DNA of 64,000 nucleotides from Botryllus schlosseri (lineage: Eukaryota): the NCBI GenBank assembly GCA_051294905.1, contig CM119380.1:3348001-3412000 (forward strand), in the 5' to 3' direction. The position numbers were made by a program, and so were the translations under genes. Below the pieces are notes generated by a model. The model was not told where the DNA came from, searched no databases, and saw nothing but the letters and a program-made list of their open reading frames with translations. Of the stretch, positions 13,173-25,284 are shown one piece after another. Within the stretch, counting starts at the first letter, position 1, and each line of letters starts with the position of its first letter.

Positions 13173-14202
13173 ATGAGCGCCAGTATGAGTTTAGTCAACG
13201 ACGAAATACTTATTGAGGAAGTGAGATCCAGGAGTATTTTGTATGACAAGTCACACCCGTCGTATTATCTGAGAGAAAAGAAGGCAAGAGTTTGGCGAGA
13301 AGTGTCGCAAGCCCTTGGATGCCCAGGTACAATGTGTCCTTGTAAATATCTCCGAGCACGAGCTAACATAAAATATTACAGGGCAAGGTTTTACACTCAG
13401 ATGGAAGAATCTCCGTGACCGCTATGTGAAGGAGAAAAACAAGTACATACCCTCAGGATCAGGGTATGAGGCTGTTTTGCCCCGATGGCCGTTGATGGGC
13501 ATCATGGGTTTTTTAGATCCGTACCTTAAAACGAGGCAGTAAGTTGTTTGGTAATTTTATTTGAGATTTTAGACAAGTAACTTGCAGTTGAATTTATTTG
13601 AGATGCAGGAAGGCTAATAATTTATTGATGCCGTACTGCCGTAAGTACTGCTAAAGTTATGTTAGTCAGTGAGTGCAACACTACCGTACTGAAAACGTAA
13701 CATATTAATTCAGACAGACTAGATTCTTCAAAAAATAGTTGATAATTTGACTCCGTGGATTAGCAGATAGCACACCAAAATTTCACTTCAAATTTTCACT
13801 TTTAGCTTAGTGTATCTTTGGTCGTTGTCAAAATTATCAGATTGAGTTAGGAATTTTCCCATGTTATACAGAACATCATCAAACATGTCCGAGGAACCGC
13901 TGCCATCGTCGTTACTTGATGACACGGTGGCCACATCGTCGTCAGTACTTGATAACATGCCACCAACAACATCTGTGGCCACACCGTTGCTCGACAATCC
14001 ACCAGCAACGTCGGTTGAATCAGTCGACGCACCATCACGTCGTAAGTGGAATTTTTACAAAAACGAGGTATCTTCATTCTTCAACTACTGTGCGTATTTG
14101 CTACAGCGGCGAAGAGGGGGAGTCGCAAGCGGGAACACCCAAGAGATGATGACGATGATGATGTACAGATTGTACTGAAAGCATTGCAGCAAGGAAATAG
14201 AG
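13173..14202 (+). CDS. Harbinger accessory MADF/Myb-SANT protein, spliced (exons 13173-13326, 13382-13538, 13872-14041, 14107-14202); last exon not found
   Basis: LIEEVRSRSILYDKSHPSY...VWREVS / RWKNLRDRYVKEK...PSGSG...WPLMGIMGFLDPYLKTR-Q-TSSN. All four exons join in frame via GT-AG; CTAAC branch point in intron 1. Confidence 0.85.
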
Positions 14203-15734
14203 GTACGCATGTGTCGAGTAGATCTGCGTATGCTGTAAAATTTGAAGAAGTCTTTGTGTGTGTAGAAGTGTAGAAGTCTTTAATGTAACGGATAACAGGC
14301 ATTGTGTTCTTTGTGGTGGTGAGCATATTTGAACTTTGAGATAGTATATTTTGTTGTGACGCCATAATGTGTGATACTCGACTTCAGAATCGAATCACTC
14401 GGGTACTCGATTTTGCCCAGCAGCCCTAGTTTCCTGACCCTGTCATCTAGATTAACATCCATCACTATCCTAAACCCCCATAAATTGCCAAGAACACCAT
14501 ATGCTAGAATTATTTTACCAGATGAAGGAAGATCGTATCGAGTTACAGGACCAAGATCTGATGACAGAAAGTTCCAGTGACCACCCTCGCCATTTGCTGC
14601 ATATACGACCACCCTTAACATTTGCTGCGTACGACAATGTCTGATGAGAGAAAATTCAAAATATCACGCCTTCCATTCAAGTGCTCACGCCTCCTATTTG
14701 CTGCATACGAAAGGGTCATGGCGACCCGGAGATCTTTCATTTTACCGGGTTTACACTTTGGTCTCCACGCTCCTTGCGGCCAGTTATGCCCCGGAATGCA
14801 CTGCATAGCTGACTAACATTGTAGCAAATGATTCTGTTTGTCAATATACGTAACAATAACGAATCCTGCGGAGTGTTGCATTTATTGAAAAGTCAGGAAT
14901 TGGAGGGCGAACGTTACGTTATATATATGATAAAGTAAGTGTCGACATTGCCTCAGACAGCGTATTACCAGTCATGTAGTATGATGGACAGGACCACATA
15001 CCATCTAGAAATGTCAAGGATACGCGACGCTTTTCATTCATCACAGGCATCGCTAATACAAACAGGAGAGAGAGCACATCAACTATAATTCAAGCTGCTA
15101 CTGACACTTGGTCCCTGAAGTTACAATACATAATTAGCTATATCACTTCACTGTCAAGAATTACACCCTCCAAAACGAACACTGGAAATGTTCGATTTAA
15201 CTATATACGTTCTTGCCGCCAAGAAACGGCTCCCTCACTACTGCTGAAGTATCTGACGTATTCTTCCCGTGTGGCCTTAGCTTCCCCAGCACTTCCTCTT
15301 CCCCGTCTCATCATAGGCAGTAACGACGACGTCCGGCGCCCTTCATTCACTGCAACATCACAATAATTTGGATCACTCATAAGAAAATTGTGTAGAACGG
15401 TACAGGCTTTGACCACTTCATCTACATCAGGGGTCGCCAACTCAAAATAGGTCGCGGGCCACTTTTCAAAATTCCTGGAGGCCGCGGGCCGCATGACATC
15501 AATATCGATATAAAAGTAGGCAACGCAGTTCAACAACCACGTCTGATAACTCTACGTTATTACAACGCTGTGCTTTCTAACATAGGCGACGGTTATAGTC
15601 ACCACAAAAGAACTAATATTTTATTGAACAAACACAAATACAACAAAAAGTATCATGATCATCAATGTCATTATATTTTGGACTATAAGCTGTACACGAT
15701 ACCTGACAATGACAACACTCTTTAGCCGCTAAAA

Positions 15735-16241
15735 CAGGGGTGGCCAACATTTTTGTAATTCACGGCCGCATTTCGCGTACTCATGTAGCCTGCGGCCGCA
15801 TACCGGTGGTTAGTCGTGATAAACTAGCTGGGGCCAAATACCCACGTTATCATGTCCTGTCCATGTCCATTGCCGGTACACTCCGAACTAATCTATATGC
15901 ACATATCGGCTTACTATGCGCACCAAAACGTTATAGTAGTTATGCTGTAAAGAGCCACAGAGAACCAATCAGTAGTCGCGCGAAGCGCGAAAAATTTTTC
16001 ATGTTCATGAGTGAATTTCGTCAATAAATATTATAGGCTTACCATATTTCGGAAATGAAAAAAGAGGACACTTTTTCAGAAATTTCAGACATGCAAAACT
16101 GGAGAAGAATTCTCAAAAACCGGTAAATTTTTCCCACTTCATGATCGGTTGACTAAAAAAAAAAAAAAAAAAAAAAAGGTCTTCACTTCCGCTCAGAGCT
16201 CAAAATCACGTTTTTCACTGCACATTACCAGGTGGATGACT

Positions 16242-16273
<32 letters not shown>

Positions 16274-16682
16274 TCACTTCTCGCTCAGAGCTGAAACCAC
16301 CACTTTTCCCTCCGAAATACCCGCCGGAGCTTCACTTCTGCGCTAATTTGCGGCATATCACTCGCAATTACCTCTAAATCTGACCTAAATTTTCAAAAAA
16401 GAGGACAAAATCTCAAAAAAGAGGACAAAAGGGCGTCCTCCGAGGACACTTTCAAAAAAGTCAAAAAAGAGGACAAATCCTCTTAAAAGAGGACGTATGG
16501 TAAGCCTAAAATATTAGTATAGTTTCACATATTACTATAAAATATTTATCCTTTCTCGGCCAATGTGATCAGATTCCCAGATACAGCTGATGTAGGGGGT
16601 ATCTGCGAAAACTTAGGGTTGTTATTACAAGTTTCGACAGCCACATAATTTTCCTTCTACTGCTGCAGATTGGCCACCCATG
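15735..16682. mobile_element. Probable hAT MITE, ends paired by sequence only
   Basis: CAGGGGTGGCCAA at 15735 and TTGGCCACCCATG ending 16682; flanks do not form a TSD. Confidence 0.5.
16034..16508. mobile_element. hAT (Tip100-like) MITE with two internal poly-A tracts and AAAAGAGGAC repeats
   Basis: TIR TAGGCTTACCATA / TATGGTAAGCCTA; perfect TSD AAATATTA. Confidence 0.92.
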
Positions 16683-18749
16683 GATTGAAGAATCAATATT
16701 GGGGTTAGCTATACACGGTAGGCCTACTTGCTAGACAACTATCTCCTCGTAAAGCATGGTCTTTTGGAGCGCCCGAAGTCGTTTTGCAGGCGTCTCGGTC
16801 TTGGCAGTGGTGGGCCATTGCACGTCAAGGCAATATGCCCATTCGTACCAGCAAATTCTTCATCCATGGAATGATATTACCATGCCGAAGCCGTAACAAC
16901 TAGTGAGTAATAGTGATAGTGGGCACATAGAATGGCTCACTTTGAAAAACAACAACATTATGTTTCAACTGAAATCAATTTTAGCGTTTCAACATGATTT
17001 ACTAAGCGTTTTTCTGAATTTTTTTTCAAATCAGGTCGCGGGCCGCAAAATAGGACCTCGCGGGCCGCATGCGGCCCGCGGGCCGCGTGTTGGAGATCCC
17101 TGATCTACATGCACAGTTAATACAGCCTTCGGCCGCCGAAAGCAAGAGAAGCGAGAGGATAATATCCCAAATGCATTCTCAACAACAAGTCTAGCACGTG
17201 ACAATCTGTAGTTGAAAATACGACTTTCATCGCTGGTCAACACTGAGCGAGGAAATGGCCTCATGATATGCCTATTCCGAGGAAAGGCTTCATCTGCCAC
17301 AAAGACATAAGGAGTTGGACTGCGAAACCCAGGTAGAGGAGAAGCTGATATCAGATCTAATTGGTTAGAGGCAAGACGTTTACCAAAAACAGAGTTACTG
17401 AAACATTTACTATCATTGACCCCACGATATTGACCAACATCAACAGCAATAAAGCGCTTGTCAGAATCCACAACTGCCATCAAAACAACACTAAGAGTCT
17501 TTTTATAGTTGAAAAACAGGGACCCAGACATAGCAGGTTTCTTCATCAAAACATGCTTTCCATCTATACTACCAACACAATTCGGATAATTCCACTTATC
17601 TTGAAACTGTTTTGCAATCTGTCTCCACCGGTCTTCTTCCGGCTCTGGCATGTGCTCGGGTGCTAGGGCCCTCCAAATAGCGGCACAGGTGCGGGACAAT
17701 CTTTGCAATTGTCGACCTCCCACATCGATAGGAAAAAGCGATTGTACGATAGGTATCGCCGGTGCAAATAAACCTATTTGCAGAACATCAGGGTGGACGT
17801 CTTGTATAGAGTGCATGGCTCTGTACTGTACTATTGATCAATCTATTATCTAAGAAGCTTGCTAGAATCAACATTCAATAACTAACCACAGCGTCCTACG
17901 AAATTAACCACAGATAGTCGTCTATAATTGTCTTGTTTACCTAAGCGTGATAGCTAATCTTTCATTGGGTGGAATAGGCTTTCTCATGACTGTCGTCTGT
18001 TTGATCATGAGCGGACCGACCAATGAAAGAAGATCATCAAAGGTTTCCACACTCATTGAGAAGTAATCTCGGAAGTCTTTCGAATCCCAGCTCCCTCGCC
18101 AATGCATGAAACTCGCCTGAAAAATTGGTTTCTATGAGCTATAATACTGCCATAAATATACCTTTACACATACCTAGGATCTCCCTTCTTTGTAGAATTG
18201 GGTGCACCCATGTGCGCCGAGTCCTCCGCCTGTGCTTCTTTTTTATTGCTACCCAGAGCAATAAAAGCATCGCATTCCTGTTTGCTACGCCTACCGTACC
18301 ATCCGGCCGGCCAACATAAGTTGTATGGCGAAGCATCTTATCGAATGTCAAAATTGAACGTGAACGTATCGAACGTGCTAGCCGCGAAGATATAGCTTTA
18401 CAAAAGAACGCGCAGTTTTAATTCCGCGCTCGGCTGCATTCTAAAATGCGACCCCTGCCGGACACACTCATGCTTCACTGCGACCCCTGCCGGACACATT
18501 CACTTCTTCACATATTTTTCTCACTTCTTGATGACGTAACCTCTCGTTTTAGTGAAAGAGTGAGATTGCCACGAGTGGTGCCGCGTCTGAATATTGTACT
18601 GTGATCTGCGCTTAACGAGCTCTGCTGTAACATATGACCATTGACCATACATATCTTGTGATACAATTGATGGAATTCACGAAGGATCAGACTCCCAGGT
18701 CTTTCGTCACAATTACTGAAACTGCCAGCTTAGTCGGTACTGAGCTATC

Positions 18750-19234
18750 CTCATTCACTCACTGAAGGCTCCAAAATTCTTGACTTGCGATTGCTGCAAA
18801 AATTCATCATTGCGGCTCACAACTACAGCATTTTCGATTGCTAGACGTGCTGCTGCATTGGAAGTTTTGCTTCTTTGAGGATGACCTGTTTTGCTCATAT
18901 ACTGCGGTAACTGTGGACAAATATGAGGTAATGCATTTGGACTCAAATGTGGCCTGCGCAACGATGCTGACTCTCGACTACGACGACGTGCTGTGTTAGT
19001 GTCATATGTGAAGGATTGAAAATCTTCTGTGTCACATGTGAAGGATTGAAAATCTTCTGGACTGAAATGCTTCTTGCATACTCAGCGTCCTCCCGATACT
19101 GACCAATTTTTCCTTGGAATAGCTCTTACCACTGTCTTACCATAAGTTGGTATAGAGTCACCAGCCTCACTTGATGTCCCTTTCTTAGCTCTGTACCCGG
19201 TCCTGCAGCCAGGAACGCAGCGAGTATGTACCAT
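18750..19234 (-). pseudogene. THAP zinc-finger N-terminus of the split P-element transposase
   Basis: MVHTRCVPGCRTGY...RAIPRKNW...VCKKHFSPEDF...LSPNALPHICPQLPQYMSK; one stop codon and a 30-bp duplication. Confidence 0.85.
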
Positions 19235-19902
19235 AATCACACCCAGACACCTATTTTACGAATTTCTAGAGACGAAGTATCCATTAGCTGCTGCCTTCTA
19301 ACTTGATTGGCTATCTCCGTTAATTACCGTACTGGCACGATACCGGTGTACCAGTACCGGTATCGAAGTTCATATGATACTGATACTGTTTCAGTGACAT
19401 GTCTGAAGCTAATGTGTCATCATCCTGAAATGTAATCATTTACATTCTGCTACATCCTGATCTGCACTTAGGCCTATCAATGTAGCAAAACATACTCGAT
19501 AAGCGGAGATATTGCGAATGCCAGCGATATATCGTACCGGCTTACCGGTAGTGCCGGGCGATAATAACCTGCAGCGGAAGCTACATAACCAATACTACCT
19601 GAACATCACATGATTCCTCTAGCTTTATAAATGGTTATATATTGACACCATACGCATCTACCACCAATCACAAACTAGAAAGGCGATACCCAGACTCCAA
19701 GTTATGCACAGATAAAGCGCTGTCAGCAATCCTATCTGAAGAGAGTGCGCGAAAATGACCCCACTTGTGTATGGCCGCGATGACGTAATCGACGGAGTCA
19801 GCCATCCCGGAGTTTTATATATCCCTGTTATTATGTAAGGGTCCTACCTTTTCCAACACACCTCAATCGATCAGCTCTACCGGTAAATCTGATTACGTCA
19901 GC

Positions 19903-19922
19903 AGAGAGAGAGAGAGAGAGAG
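19903..19922 (+). repeat. (AG)10 microsatellite
   Basis: Read directly. Confidence 0.95.
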
Positions 19923-21829
19923 GGGATAAAAATTTATAGCAATATATATGCAATTCGTTATTATTATATTGACCGATTGAATTATAGAATTTTTTTGCGC
20001 TTAGCGCGTCTAAGCAATATCACCATATGTAGATCATTAGTACCGGCCAAAAGCGTTGTATAAAAATTAGATGTCTATTTTGGTTTTCTTTAAAACTGTA
20101 CTCTCACCGAAAATTGCGGTAAAGTTGTCAGGTATCCCAACGAAGCTCGCTCGGAGAGTGAAGTTACATGTGTGCAAGTGTTGATGAAAATTCATTTTGA
20201 TGGAGTGATGAAGTCACTGTTAGTGGTTTTGCAGAGTCCGCAGGTTGTAGGTGATGGGAAAAATACTGCTGATTTAATTGGGATTCTGAATTATTGTATT
20301 ATTATGAACTTCTCAGCTAGGTTATCTGGTATAAAAGCAGTCAATCCAGGATGACATCATGCAGATTAGGATTTCCGGTCTCCGTGATTGGACCAGGCAT
20401 TTACGTGCTGATGGCTTTCAGCAATCTCAGGATGAGGCTGATCAGTTGGTCAGAGACGCAGTGGAGGTACAGAGAAGCCGAAGCGCATTTTTGTATCTCA
20501 AGAAATATGAAGTTGATGTATTCAATTTGATGGTAGACACTTTATTACATTCCATGGAATAACGATTTAGTCAATAGAGAATGTCGACCGCAAACTCTAG
20601 CTAGACTCACCCACTCACTCAACAGTCTATTGAATATATGACACCAATTATTTGAAATAGCGTACCCGACAATTTCAAAGAACTGCCTCAACATGAATTC
20701 AAGTGCCAATACCTGGATTACCTTTTTGCAGATTACTGAAAGTTCTGAGAGTCTGCACCCGTTAATATATATTATACATCTATTTATTGTATCCATTTAT
20801 TGTTTTCATGCGTTATCATGACTACCGTCTTTGTTATATATTTGTGTTTATTCTGTGTATTTATTCTTTTTTCTATGTTGCAGACTATGCACTGTTATAT
20901 TTCTTTAGTTAGCATTTCTTTTTGGTAACAATAAATCTAATAGCAAATTTTTATAATGCCATGATGTCGGTTTATGGTAGTTTGACTGTGTATCAACTTA
21001 AGCAACGACCGAGCGGAAGGGGAGCTTCGACAAGGGGAAGAAAGTCCGCTCTTTTTGAACGGTCTGTATAAATTTTCATGAGAGATCCTTTACATTACTT
21101 GAATTTCATGTTCAGATTGGAAGCGTGACTGGAATGATGATTTCAGCATGCAAAACTGAATTCAGTTTTCCATGATTTTAGGGAGGACACCCTGTCTTGG
21201 CCAGTAACGAAACACTCGTCCATTAAGTGGCCCAAAACTGATTTTAGGGAAATATCTTTATCGTGTCTTGAAATAACACATAATTGTAATCTCGTCGTTT
21301 TTATACAGTCTACACACGGCTAAAGGAATACATCGTAGTGCCAACTAGGCTTAGGTAAATGCAGCGTCCTCCATTGCTGCGTCGTTTCTATGGCTATTGT
21401 CTCTCGACCAATCAGCGTAAAGTTTGGTTTACGGCCGTATATGATCACCACGCATACGATGCTCGGTATTGTCATCGTTTATTTCAGTCAGACAAAAAAA
21501 GAAAGTGATCTCGGCCTATTTAAATTTTATAGAGCTCGAATCTTATGATGCGGATGGCGCATAATTAATGCGGTGAAAGCTGAACTTAATGCGGTGAAAA
21601 CTGAACTATGAGAATGGAACCTCAATTTAAAAAATCGGGACTAGTAATGCAAGTGTAGTGGTGTGTACCAACGGCTGAGGAATGATGCCCCATCATCCAA
21701 TCCTAGTGAAAATTGTTTGTCATTCCCTACAACTGGCGGTGTCTCGGGCCTCATGTAACTCATTGCCAAGAAATTAGGAATTTCTATTGTCAGAGACCTA
21801 CATAATGGTTCGCACATTCATCGCAAAGG

Positions 21830-23005
21830 CAGCTTGCTTATAATCGTCTCTACGAAACAATCAACGATGACCCAACACCACTGAAGATATTGAACAATTG
21901 CAGAACAAGATGCGCTGTCGTTTGAACCGGCTGTTCGACGAATTAGTGAAACTAAAACCCACTTTGGAATAGTCAGATGGCCAGAAAAATGTTCCACTGC
22001 TGAGATATTGGCCGATATGTACGGTGACGGAAGTAACCTGGCGTACCTTCTCTTCTTACATCTCATCCTTTCAGAAGTGCAGCGTGTCAACATCTTAACA
22101 AGTCTTGTGGAGCAAAGGTTGTCGACAAACTGAAGCTTTTTGAAGACTTATCAATGCTTTTTCAGTGGCTAAAAAGCTGATTGTACCCACAGCACGTATT
22201 GACGTCTTCAACGATAACATCGAAGAATATCTCGAAGCACGCCATATTTGACGTATGGATTCGAGCACAAGGTGAGACTTGGCGGATGAGAAGAAATTGA
22301 CGAAAGAAGAAATTGACGAAAGAAGAAAAGTGTCTGAGAGCGGTCGCAACAGTTCCTAGTCAGTTCGTAGATGAGTCATAGAACATAAGGATGTCGCATG
22401 GAGGTCTATCAAGAGCCAATGTGGACTGAGTTGGGTTGAATGAAGCGTGCGAAGTGCTCGGTCGTGGCACTTCCTCGACCGTCAAGAGGTTCACTGGCAG
22501 GCAGATGTTTTGCAAAGGAATATGCCGTTAAGATCATTTCTTTTCGTGAAGCGCCGACGAATGAATCTCAGCGAAAATCCACGGAAGAAAGTGTGCTGGA
22601 AACACTCAATCACCGAAACGTTGTAAAATTTTACGCACGTATTCCGGATTCGAGAAGAGTTATTCCGGTGTTTGCAGCTATTACGGCAACTCAAACACCG
22701 ACTACCGCAGAATTTAGAGATGATCGAAAACATCTCGTTATTATCTGTCTCTTCAATACTGCATTCCAATAAACCGCCGATTGCACCTATAATGCATTTG
22801 CAATGTCTAACTCTAAATAGTTAGCGTTACACAGATGACACCGAAAGATTTTGGTCCGAGGTACTGGATTGCCAAGGTTCATCGGGGTCTAATCCATCTC
22901 AAGAAATAGCAGAATTTGCAATCAGCGCCTCGGTGCTACCGCACTCGAATGCCGATATCCAGAGAGTGTTCAGCAGCATGAACGAAGTCAAGTCAAAGGC
23001 CCGTA
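21830..23005 (+). pseudogene. hAT transposase C-terminal half (21830-22360) and hATC dimerisation domain (22835-23005)
   Basis: LYETINDDPTPLKI..C.TR.LSFEPAVRRI, EKCSTAEILADMY, YLLFLHLILSEVQRVN; FWSEV...NPSQEIAEFAISASVLPHSNADIQRVFSSMNEVKSK. Confidence 0.88.
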
Positions 23006-23841
23006 GGCCGTATTCAGCTCGATTCGAGAGATCGTTTAGTATTCGGGTAGGATTTCGAGCGTTGCACGGTTTCGAGTCTTTACTCGATACATTAGACAGC
23101 TTGATGACTGCTTGCAGACGTCTGCGGTTTTGTTAATTGCTCGCGATCTGGCAATCCGCGGGTTTTTGGATGTGATGCTGGTTGCCCAGTATTGCCTTCA
23201 ATTACGTCAACACATTATATTAGAATTATACTCTGGATGTATAGACGAAATAACACCGCTCAATAACATGACTATTTGGCATACTGTAGTAGCCAAAGCA
23301 AATATTTTCAAATAATGAAACACCAGACTTCATCCTGAAGTTTTCAGGCATAAGCACAAACTATTTATTGGATTACTGATGATGGATATTGGTACCGCGT
23401 TGTTGATATTTTCGCCATACGCAGGGACGGACGGTTTTATCTTGGTACCGCGTTGTTGATATTTTCGCCATACGCAGGGACGTACGGTTTTATCAACTGT
23501 ATTGCGATGATCTAACATTGCGTGCATTCATAAAGCGCCAGGTCATCTACCATCGTGTATCGCATTTGTACGCATCGCCGAGGATTTGGTTCTTGCTAGG
23601 ATTTGAGGATCGCTATTGTAGACAACAGCTTGTGTGTGTTTTTTCAGTAACATTCATCCTCCATTCGTTTCTACATATCCTGATGCTACGTTTTATATTA
23701 AAAGATAAAACAGAGCGTTGTGAGGATTTAATCGATTTTGCGAATCCATCGGAAACCTTTCTGATGAAAATGTCCGCCGATTTGGGAATAGCCCACGCAG
23801 CCTACGATGAAGCCATAACGGCGCTAGAACATGATTTCTTT
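22451..23841 (+). pseudogene. Decayed Ser/Thr protein-kinase fragments (N-lobe 22451-22640; probable C-lobe 23210-23841)
   Basis: EVLGRGTSSTV (G-loop), KEYAVKII, EESVLETLNHRNVVKFY; downstream HIILELYSG, MMDIGTA (DFG-like), YAGTDGF, TALEHDFF. Confidence 0.65.
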
Positions 23842-24693
23842 CGTATAACGGTGCTATATATTTATTACAGTTGAAATTGTGAATTCAACACCAAACATGC
23901 TCACAGCACAATTTCCGCAATATATTCTGGGTCAAACCGTAAAAAAGGGAATGAGTAAGACCTTGAGTCTGCCCACGGCTTGACTCGGAAAACGCTTGCT
24001 CAACCGTCGCATTTCGATATCGACTCCAACCTCAGATCGTCATTGAATACCATAACCACAAAAGTCAACTCGAAAGAGCGCCAAGTTCGACTCCAGTCGA
24101 ACTTCAACTCGTTCTCTCCATTCGCTTTCTGAATACCGATTCTTACGCAATGTTGACGCAAAATGAGTTTGAGCACTGAGTAAGGTTTCCCGAATACGGG
24201 CCAAAGCATAGTGTTTTAAGGTGGTGTAGACAGTCTCTAGACACTAGCGATCGTTCCGCTTCGTAAATTTGGAAAGGCAGTCGCCAAGATGCTATCTCTG
24301 CCGCATGAGCACAGGGAAAAGTTGCATTCTAATCAGATCTAGGAGGTTAATTGGTTAGCGCGGTATGTTTTCTGTACGCAATTCGTAATGAGATATCACT
24401 TCGTGGATTAAGATGTCAAATTTCTCTGCCGGTTGGGTTTTTCAGGCAGTGCCAGCGTCATGTTATCGTGTTACATTTCAACTGGAGTAGCCCGACATAG
24501 CTTCCTTGGTAATGTTATCATTATCATGCTATATGTTTTTGTGTCTGCTGTATGGAATCGACGTGAATATAGTGGGCACACAATTCCCTGTTAGCGCATT
24601 ACTTTAGACACAATTTTCATAGCGCATCCCTTTAGGCACAATTTTCATGAAAATTTTCATGAAAAATTTAGTGTTAACTAGTTGCAGAAAATA

Positions 24694-25284
24694 ATGTCGG
24701 GCTCCAATTGCTGCGTTCCTGGTTGTCACTGGCATTCACAAAAGGCTCGGAAATCCGGAACACAACGATCGTTTTTTCAAATTCGAAGACCAGATTTGGC
24801 GAAAACCGAAGAAGAGAGGAAACATAGGGGGGCTCTGCGTAAAATTGTATTACAAATTAGGGATCCAACACAGGGAGACAGAATAAAGAAGCAACTTCAC
24901 AAGGAATCGTGAGTCATTGCATATATGTGAATTATAGCCTATATACCGGATCTCTTTGTTTGATTTTGGATGATGATTCTGTATGAAGTTTATCGCATTT
25001 CAGACTTGATCATGATTTGCACTTTCAATAGCGCCACAATCTGTGATGTACATTTTCGCCCTGATGACATCATGAGAAATGGAAAAAGAGTTAGTCTGAT
25101 GCTTGGTGCTGTACCGATCCTGGAAATGCCGGAAAAATTCAATTCACCCAAACCTACCCCGCGAAAATTTCCACCGACACGATTTGAAACCCCGCGAAAA
25201 TTGCAACATAAATGCCGTACTCATATTTCGAAGTCGATTGAAAGCTGTCATCAAATGCAAAAGGTAGCCTGTCCTTGTTATTGA
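24694..25284 (+). CDS. THAP-domain protein, spliced (24694-24908 + 25032-25284); likely N-terminus of a P-like or Kolobok transposase
   Basis: MSGSNCCVPGC...FFQI...ES|ATICDVHF.PDD...GAVPILEMP. The GT-AG intron keeps frame. TTAA-GGTGGTG at 24216 resembles a Kolobok-type end. Confidence 0.7.

Larger units (their letters stand above)
15428..17102. mobile_element. hAT Charlie-type MITE with nested elements
   Basis: TIR CAGGGGTCGCCAAC / GTTGGAGATCCCTG; perfect TSD ATCTACAT. Confidence 0.92.
15201..18351 (-). pseudogene. Harbinger transposase, two introns (18173-18117, 17940-17774), two frameshifts, split by MITE 15428-17102
   Basis: RRTWVHPILQRR, ERLAITLR|[60 protein letters not shown]|EVVKACTVLHNF rejoins in frame. 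Confidence 0.93.
12734..18612. mobile_element. Full-length PIF/Harbinger element (convergent MADF and transposase genes)
   Basis: ~36-bp TIR AGCGCAGATCACACGTACAATATTCAGACGCGGCAC with one indel at the right end; TAA TSD on both sides. Confidence 0.95.
10026..19827 (-). mobile_element. P-element/THAP9-like transposon with nested hAT MITE and Harbinger
   Basis: TIRs CAGGAATATATAGAAGAACTCCGGGATGGC (10026) and the reverse complement CAGGGATATATAAAACTCCGGGATGGC (ending 19827). Flanks TTATGATT / TTATTATG match 6 of 8. Confidence 0.8.

Noticed and set aside
19930-21800. Host gene in unassigned interval (short ORFs at 20172-20796)
   Set aside because: ORFs under 85 aa with no recognisable domain or consistent exon chain.
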